This document shows, one piece after another, positions 58,209 through 64,000 of a DNA stretch of 64,000 nucleotides; position 1 is the stretch's first letter; each line of letters starts with the position of its first letter. The DNA is from an uncultured Planctomycetales bacterium (GTDB taxonomy: Bacteria; Omnitrophota; Gorgyraeia; Zapsychrales; JANLHA01), in contig CAYVEC010000002.1 in assembly GCA_964450385.1 (NCBI GenBank), forward strand, positions 65,262-129,261, written 5' to 3'. A program made the translations under genes and the position numbers. Under the pieces are notes generated by a model. The model was not told the origin of the DNA, searched no databases, and was given only the letters and a program-made list of their open reading frames with translations.

Positions 58209-58604
58209 TCATGCCCGCGTGATCAATGCGTTGATGCGCTTCAACAGTTCGCTGAACATCTCATCCCCGCATCGGACCGTCACCTCGCGCCGATCATTCG
58301 TGGCCAAAACCTCATCGAGTTCGCGAATGATCCGTTCATAGGGGCCCAGGATCTTGTTGGTGAGATAAAAGGCGTACAGGCAGGAAATAACGATCGCAAG
58401 CGCGGTAACCGGCAAGGCGATGAGGATGGCCGACTTGATCGTCACAGAGGGGATTGTGTAAAAGAGGCTGTTCTGATCCGCGTACAGATAAGCAAGGAAA
58501 AGGACCATCATCCCGAGAGCGCACACTCCAAGAGCAAGGATATAAAAAAGAACCCGGGCCTGAAATTTGTTAACATGCCGAAAGATATTGCGTTTGAACG
58601 CCAT
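58209..58604 (-). CDS. Hypothetical membrane protein (2 TM plus cytoplasmic helical domain)
   Basis: Hydrophobic segments only. Confidence 0.3.
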   Translation of the reverse strand: MAFKRNIFRHVNKFQARVLFYILALGVCALGMMVLFLAYLYADQNSLFYTIPSVTIKSAILIALPVTALAIVISCLYAFYLTNKILGPYERIIRELDEVLATNDRREVTVRCGDEMFSELLKRINALITRA

Positions 58605-58752
58605 AGTCGAAAAATCCTTCAGCGCCCTATCACATGATCCCCTTTTACTTTATCACCCGAACCAATTTTTTCTATCAAAAAATCGTAAATAAATAGAACG
58701 AGGAGGACCTCCCGCAGGCCCTCCTCTTGATCATCCGTTCGATTTACGAACG

Positions 58753-60882
58753 CTATTTCTTGATATTGACATTAACGATGTTCGTGTAGGTCGACCTCAT
58801 GCCGGTTTCTATATTAAAGGCCTGGACTCGATACGCATAGGTCCCAGTCGTTAAGATCGTTTCCTGGAACCGTGTCACATCGGCCCCTGTCTCGGCGACC
58901 CGTTGGAACTTAATCACCCCACGGGTCTTGACGCCTCGTTCGATATAAAAACCGCTCTCATTCGTCGAACCATCAAGCCACGTAAGCGTCACCGTCCGGC
59001 CTGAAAGCGCGGCCTTCAAGCCCGACGGCGGCAATAAGACCTCGGGGTTCTGAGCCACGGTGATCGTGACCCCAGCCGACGCGGAGCCGCCGACATCATC
59101 GGTCACCGAGAGACGCGCCGTATATGTGCCCGGATTGACATAAGTGTGCCTCACAGACACCCCTTGAGCGGTCACCCCGTCCCCAAAGTCCCAGCCATAG
59201 GACACGAGACTGCCATCAAGGTCATATGAATTTGCCCCGTCAAACGCGACATCCAACGGCGCATATCCAGAAACGGGCAGGGCTGAGATCACCGCGACCG
59301 GCGCCGCGTTCCCCGTATCAAGATCGTACGAAACAGAGGCATAAACCTGTGCCGCATCAGCGCTTGTTGAGGCATTCGATGAATACGCCTCGGTGCCGCC
59401 GTTCGCCACATTCACGAGTTTAAAACTTTTTAAAAACGCCGGATCCCCCGATGTCGAATCCTGCATCCCAAGATAAAAATGATACGTGCCGCTGTTCGCC
59501 GGAACGATGTCCGTGAAATCAAACACAAAGGTCCCGTCAACAGCCGTCGTGGTCCCATTAAAGGCGTACGGGCCGCCCGCGTACGACAGGGCATACGACG
59601 GATACCATACCGTGGTCGGCGCAGTACGGGTGGCGTCGGATACGCCTAACGTCACGCGCAACTGATTGCGTTTTAAATGATTGAGGGTGAAATACCCCAC
59701 GAGTTTGGGGCTATACTCTGCCCGTGCCAGGACCCAATGGGCGCTCGCCGGCGACCACCCCAGAACGCGCCCGGTGCTCGGCCCGCCCTCAACCGCTGAC
59801 GGATTTTTTAACGCATCATAGGCCATCCACATAAAGCCCGCCTCGCCCCAGCCGGTTCCCCAAGAATTCGCGATGCGAAAGGCGCCTTTTTCACCCGGAT
59901 CAACTGTTCCATTAGCGTTAATATCAACCCAAATGTGGTCATTGTACCCCACGACCGTCATGGCATGATAGCCTTCGGAGCCGTTAACCCAATAGCAGAT
60001 CGGTTTCCCTACAAAGGGATCATCCTCGATCACCGCCGGATCATTTCCGATCGTTTTTGTCTGCCATGAATAAATATAGGTCGGGAAATTCAAAATATAC
60101 CCGTTGACGAGCATCTCCTTCACTAAATTAATGCCCTCATCGGTATTGGTGTTCGCCACATATCCATACCGGTCGAACCGCCGTTCGATCGAGGCGCGCC
60201 AGACATCAGGATTGAGCGACCAGGCGCGGTAATCCGAATCATACGGGAACTCGGCCCAGGTGGCATTGCCGTGTTTGACCCCGATACTATAGGCCCAATA
60301 ATACCAGCTCCCGCTGTCAGAGCCGCCGTTCACCATATTGTAGGCCCATTTGGGACTGAGCCGCATCGCGTCCCCGCCGTTCTTGGCATCAAGGTCACGC
60401 GCCTTCGCCAACATATAGGTCATCGTATAATAAACACCTGAGAACGACCCGCACGACCCCAGGCTCCCCTGACTCCGGATCGGAGGAAAATATTTTAACG
60501 CACTGTTATCAACCGAATCAGGAAGAACGGCAAAAGCAGAATTGGGGGCCTCGGATTCCACACTCACCGTGCCGCCAACCGCCTCAACCGCAGTGACGAG
60601 GTCCTCGCCATCGGCTACCACAGCCTCAGGCGAGAGCAGCGGCTTATTCTTTTTTTGACGGGCCTGGTTCACCCGCTCGAGACCCCGGGCATTAATCTTC
60701 ACCCTTTTAACCTTAGGGTGCGTGGTCTCAATGATTCTCAGTTCTTCAGACGAGAGCTCCGGCAACCCGGTCTTATGCGGATCATTGCCCGCCGCACTCT
60801 GGCCCCAGGCACTCACCGGTCCGATGAGCGAGCCCGAGATAAAAAGGACAATGATCGTTTTTAAAAAATATTGACGCTTCAT
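58753..60882 (-). CDS. Secreted papain-like (C1) cysteine peptidase with C-terminal PKD domain and FN3-like domain
   Basis: Signal peptide. RSQGSLGSCGSFSGVYY resembles the C1 active-site QGxCGSCW. PKD motif WDFGDG...Y.Y..PGTYT..L.V.D. C-terminal FN3-like beta-rich region. Confidence 0.6.
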   Translation of the reverse strand: MKRQYFLKTIIVLFISGSLIGPVSAWGQSAAGNDPHKTGLPELSSEELRIIETTHPKVKRVKINARGLERVNQARQKKNKPLLSPEAVVADGEDLVTAVEAVGGTVSVESEAPNSAFAVLPDSVDNSALKYFPPIRSQGSLGSCGSFSGVYYTMTYMLAKARDLDAKNGGDAMRLSPKWAYNMVNGGSDSGSWYYWAYSIGVKHGNATWAEFPYDSDYRAWSLNPDVWRASIERRFDRYGYVANTNTDEGINLVKEMLVNGYILNFPTYIYSWQTKTIGNDPAVIEDDPFVGKPICYWVNGSEGYHAMTVVGYNDHIWVDINANGTVDPGEKGAFRIANSWGTGWGEAGFMWMAYDALKNPSAVEGGPSTGRVLGWSPASAHWVLARAEYSPKLVGYFTLNHLKRNQLRVTLGVSDATRTAPTTVWYPSYALSYAGGPYAFNGTTTAVDGTFVFDFTDIVPANSGTYHFYLGMQDSTSGDPAFLKSFKLVNVANGGTEAYSSNASTSADAAQVYASVSYDLDTGNAAPVAVISALPVSGYAPLDVAFDGANSYDLDGSLVSYGWDFGDGVTAQGVSVRHTYVNPGTYTARLSVTDDVGGSASAGVTITVAQNPEVLLPPSGLKAALSGRTVTLTWLDGSTNESGFYIERGVKTRGVIKFQRVAETGADVTRFQETILTTGTYAYRVQAFNIETGMRSTYTNIVNVNIKK

Positions 60883-61091
60883 GGTCTCTTCTCCTTATAG
60901 TAAGACATCCCTCGTAAAACCCCTACTTTAAGTATACCCCGGTTTTCAAGGGTTTCTGGAGAATCCGCGCAAACGCTTCCCTGAATATCAAAACTACTGC
61001 TTCTTTTAAAAAAAATAGGGGCAAATCACGTTCTTTTTAAGAAATAATCCAAAAAAGAACACGATCTGCCCCTAAAAAAATCTCAAAACTT

Positions 61092-61934
61092 TTAACCCCG
61101 GCGTCTACGCCAGATCAGGCTGCCCGCCATGCTCGTTCCTAAAAGGACCATCGTAGCCGGTTCCGGTACTGGATTGGCCCCAGGCACGTCATCTATTTTC
61201 CCATCAATCCAGATATAATCGGAAATACACTCATATTTCGCCAAGAATAACCGCATCGAATCCCCTTCATTAAGATCCCCGAAATACCACCGTGGGATCC
61301 GGCTCTCTAAAACATACGTCCGGCCGGTCCAACCCCAGCTATTACCAGAATCACGCGGCTCTCGCCCGATTCCAGTCCAGGGTTCGACGCTCCCGAGAGA
61401 GCGATTAAAGATCTCATAATCGCCAATATCCGTTCCCTGAAGAATTTGATACGGAGCCCCGCTTGACGTCCGCCACCGGGTCACCTGATAAATATCTTGC
61501 TGGATCGCTGCCCCGTCATCCGTTCGTGCGCCAAGGAGCCCAATCTTGAGACCAAGCTCATAAATGCCGTCACCATCGGCATCAATCGCCATATCCTCAG
61601 GGTACGGGCTTGTTCGCGAGTAGGCCGGATCAAAGGGGATCGAACTCACGACCGCCCAATAAAGATAGTCCGCGTCATTGTCAAAATAAATCGCCTCAAG
61701 ATCGCGCGATTCTGCAAATATTGAGGTGCGGATCCCTAACCCTTCATTGGTCGAATATTTATTCACATCATCCGCCTCACGCCATTCAACACGGGCGCTA
61801 TCCGGCTGCCAATCCGTAAATGCCGTCACCCCCCAGTCGTCCAGGCGTCCATCGATCACATAACCGAAGGCGGCCGGGACAAGAGTCACGCAACAGACCG
61901 CGACGCCCAGAATAGATAAAATTTGTTTTTTCAT
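61092..61934 (-). CDS. PEP-CTERM-anchored secreted protein (exosortase substrate)
   Basis: Signal peptide. C-terminal VPEPATMVLLGTSMAGSLIWRRRRG. Confidence 0.8.
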   Translation of the reverse strand: MKKQILSILGVAVCCVTLVPAAFGYVIDGRLDDWGVTAFTDWQPDSARVEWREADDVNKYSTNEGLGIRTSIFAESRDLEAIYFDNDADYLYWAVVSSIPFDPAYSRTSPYPEDMAIDADGDGIYELGLKIGLLGARTDDGAAIQQDIYQVTRWRTSSGAPYQILQGTDIGDYEIFNRSLGSVEPWTGIGREPRDSGNSWGWTGRTYVLESRIPRWYFGDLNEGDSMRLFLAKYECISDYIWIDGKIDDVPGANPVPEPATMVLLGTSMAGSLIWRRRRG

Positions 61935-62041
61935 TATGCGCTCCTCATCATGTTAATAAAAATAAATCTCCCCCTACTGAGGGTTGGAAAGCATTTGTGT
62001 TTAAATATAGTTAATAACATTAATAATCGGAATCGTAAATA

Positions 62042-62100
62042 AAGATACATGAAGAGTCGGGTTCTGTCAACGGGACACTCCCCCCCAAACCCGGACAGAA
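62042..62100 (-). promoter_or_regulatory. Sigma70-like promoter (TTGACA-17-TATCTT on minus strand) overlapped by the conserved 36-nt dyad motif shared with 53288..53323
   Basis: tgtcaacgggacactcccccccaaacccggacagaa (plus strand 62065..62100). Confidence 0.45.
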
Positions 62101-62232
62101 CCAAAAGCCCTCCCAGAACCAAAAATACACCGATACCATGGATCACGAGACCCGAGGCGCCACGCCAAGCCTAACCTGTTGGGAATCAACGTGTTGAAAT
62201 CCTAGGCCGTCCGATCTGATCAGCCCCCGACT

Positions 62233-64000
62233 CTATGCCGCGCGGCGCACGAGCCGGCCCAAAAAATTCTTCACCCGATGGACATACCAAAAGGTGAGCG
62301 GTGTAAAGACAAAACTAAAGACAATCGAGGCCAGCATGCCGCCGATCATGACCGCACCCATCGCGGATTTGACCGGCATGACAGACCACAGCTGCGGAAG
62401 AACGCCGAGCACGATCGCCAAAGACGTCATAATGATCGCGCGGAATTTTTCCGAGGCGCCAAGCCAGAGGGCCTCGATGACCGGGACCCCCTCGTTCATT
62501 TTAAGAAGGGCGTAATCCAGCAGGAGGATCGAGTTGTTCACCACCATCCCCACGAGCATGATCATCCCGAGCATCGAGGCGATATTGATCGACTGCCCGA
62601 GGAAAAACAGGGCATAGAACACCCCGATGAACGACGTCGCCACCGACCACAGAATCGGCAGGGGATAAAAGAACGAGTTCATGAGCGCGCACAAGAGCAT
62701 CAGGGTCAGGATGACCGCGAGCAAAAAGGCCTTCCCCGTCTCCCGGCTCGATTCGTCCTGGTGTTCGGAAGCCCCCGAATAAACGTATCGATACCCCTCG
62801 TCAAACGATACCGCCTTAAAAGCCTCGTCCAAGACCGTTTTCACATATCCGGCGTTGGATTTCGCAAGATATCCGTCAAGCGTAATGATCCGTTCTTTGT
62901 CCCGATGACGGATCGTCGGGATCGCCTTGTCCTCCTTGATCGATCCAAAGGCATTGACCGGGTTCAGGCCCTTGCGCGAGATCACGCTGATCTGACTGAT
63001 GTCGTCGAAATCCTCGGTGTATTTTTCATCGAGTTGGACATTAATATCATATTCCTCGCCGGCCTCTTTATAGACATTCGTGTCATCCCCATAAACAGAG
63101 GTCCGAACGATCGTGCCAACCTCGACGTCAGTAACCCCGGCCCCTACCATCCGTTCTTGATCAGGAACAAACACGACCTCTTTTTTGGGGATCTTATATG
63201 ACGATTTCACCGACCGGAAATAGCCGCTGTCCTCCATGATCCGTTTCATCTCGCGCGAGATGGCGATCATCTTGTTGTAATCCAGGCCATAGAGATCGAT
63301 CGTGATATCGCCCTCAACGCCGCCGCGGGCCTCCCCGCGTTCAATGTTGATCTCGGCGTCCGGGATCTGGGCCATGAAGGGAATAAGCTCATGAATAATA
63401 TCCACATCACTCCGCCGGCGTTCAGCCAAAGGAACGAGATTCACCACCACCGCGGCATTCTCCACCCCATCGGTTCCGATAGACGTCAGGAGGGTCTCGA
63501 CCTCACGGATCTGCTCCAGCCGTTTTTCGATGAGCCCGGCGACCTCGGAAGTCCGCTCGATCGTGGACCCCTGCGGCATCTCGACCTTCACCGTGATCAT
63601 ATTCTCATCCGAATCCGGAAAAAAGTCGCTGCCGATATACGGCATGATCCACCGGAGGGAAAAGAAGCATAACAGCATCACGAGAACCGTGGTCTTTGGA
63701 AAACGAAAGGTGAGATTAAAAATCCGCTGGTACTCCCTGAGGAGCGCAGCCATGACCCGCTCGGTCACCGCAACGATCCACAGGAAAGGATTCAAGGCCC
63801 AATGCCGTTTCTTCCCGCCGTCTTTTTTCTTTTTTAAAATCAGACCGCAGAGCATCGGGGTCAGGGTAAAAGAGGCCAGGAGCGAAAAGACCGTGGCATA
63901 AATGACCGTAAGCCCGAACGAGCGCATAAACTGGCCGATGATCCCCCCCATCGACGAGATCGGCATAAAGACAACGAGATTCGTTCCGGTCGAGGCAAAG
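62233..64000 (-). CDS. RND multidrug efflux permease (AcrB/HAE1 family), C-terminal portion; the gene continues beyond the window end
   Basis: C-terminal TM bundle and periplasmic porter-domain pattern of AcrB. The ORF is open to the window edge. Confidence 0.7.
   Translation of the reverse strand, partial: FASTGTNLVVFMPISSMGGIIGQFMRSFGLTVIYATVFSLLASFTLTPMLCGLILKKKKDGGKKRHWALNPFLWIVAVTERVMAALLREYQRIFNLTFRFPKTTVLVMLLCFFSLRWIMPYIGSDFFPDSDENMITVKVEMPQGSTIERTSEVAGLIEKRLEQIREVETLLTSIGTDGVENAAVVVNLVPLAERRRSDVDIIHELIPFMAQIPDAEINIERGEARGGVEGDITIDLYGLDYNKMIAISREMKRIMEDSGYFRSVKSSYKIPKKEVVFVPDQERMVGAGVTDVEVGTIVRTSVYGDDTNVYKEAGEEYDINVQLDEKYTEDFDDISQISVISRKGLNPVNAFGSIKEDKAIPTIRHRDKERIITLDGYLAKSNAGYVKTVLDEAFKAVSFDEGYRYVYSGASEHQDESSRETGKAFLLAVILTLMLLCALMNSFFYPLPILWSVATSFIGVFYALFFLGQSINIASMLGMIMLVGMVVNNSILLLDYALLKMNEGVPVIEALWLGASEKFRAIIMTSLAIVLGVLPQLWSVMPVKSAMGAVMIGGMLASIVFSFVFTPLTFWYVHRVKNFLGRLVRRAA

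Noticed and set aside
1-64000. tRNA, rRNA, tmRNA, integrase/transposase genes, prophage or toxin-antitoxin modules
   Set aside because: No cloverleaf-like candidates or rRNA-like conserved stretches were seen in ORF-free regions. No transposase, integrase or phage structural motifs appear among the translated ORFs. The intergenic spaces are short, except for the AT-rich promoter regions that I listed.

Overview
This is a high-GC (~60%) bacterial chromosomal window, and almost every gene is on the minus strand. It resembles a Desulfobacterota or Nitrospirota-type genome, but that is a guess from gene content alone.

Gene content, from start to end:
- 1-7.2 kb: housekeeping genes. An AsmA-like protein (partial), rdgB, rph, a contiguous queuosine operon (queD-queC-queE-queF), murI and an AmiC-type amidase.
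- 7.2-19.5 kb: one long co-oriented type II secretion gene string, gspD-E-F-G-H-I-J-K. It is followed by a fused GspL (PilM+PilN-like), a GspM/PilO-like gene, a GspC/PilP-like gene and a second secretin.
- 19.5-36.7 kb: mixed metabolism and stress genes. These include a CPBP protease, a MORN protein, UPF0489, a pseudo-receiver protein, a HAD hydrolase, an IMPase, a ThiI-like PP-loop enzyme, an RsmB-type methyltransferase, PPi/ATP-phosphofructokinase, an ArsP/DUF318 permease, pyruvate kinase, MscS, UvdE, an NQO-like reductase, an Isf-like flavoprotein, ferritin and UppP.
- 36.8-44.9 kb: an unusual region. On the plus strand, an AdoMetDC (SpeH)-like gene is translationally coupled to a SET-domain methyltransferase. 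Converging on it is a minus-strand string of (i) a 1567-aa signal-peptide-bearing giant protein made of two tandem class-I-SAM-methyltransferase-like plus APH/choline-kinase-like modules, (ii) a small secreted protein, (iii) an unannotated 27-aa Lys-rich peptide ending in CCCCGSKKK, and (iv) a radical-SAM enzyme with a ~200-aa N-terminal extension.
- 29.1-29.3 kb: a second unannotated Cys-rich mini-protein of 56 aa with CCGGGSKK and CCCGPK motifs. It is translationally coupled to the ArsP-like permease.
- 45-52 kb: dodecin, two HD-GYP proteins and a COG1033 RND exporter / LolA-like / outer-membrane beta-barrel triad.
- 52-64 kb: a PEP-CTERM locus. It holds two PEP-CTERM proteins whose upstream regions share a ~36-nt dyad motif overlapping a sigma70-like -35, plus an exosortase-associated PLP decarboxylase, an ATP-grasp enzyme and a FemAB-like GNAT. 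Alongside are a YqaE proteolipid, an SSB with an atypical tail, a secreted papain-like protease with PKD and FN3 domains, and a partial AcrB-type RND pump.

I found no tRNA or rRNA genes, CRISPR arrays, transposases or integrases. All calls come from reading the translated ORFs and the DNA by eye, with no database searches.
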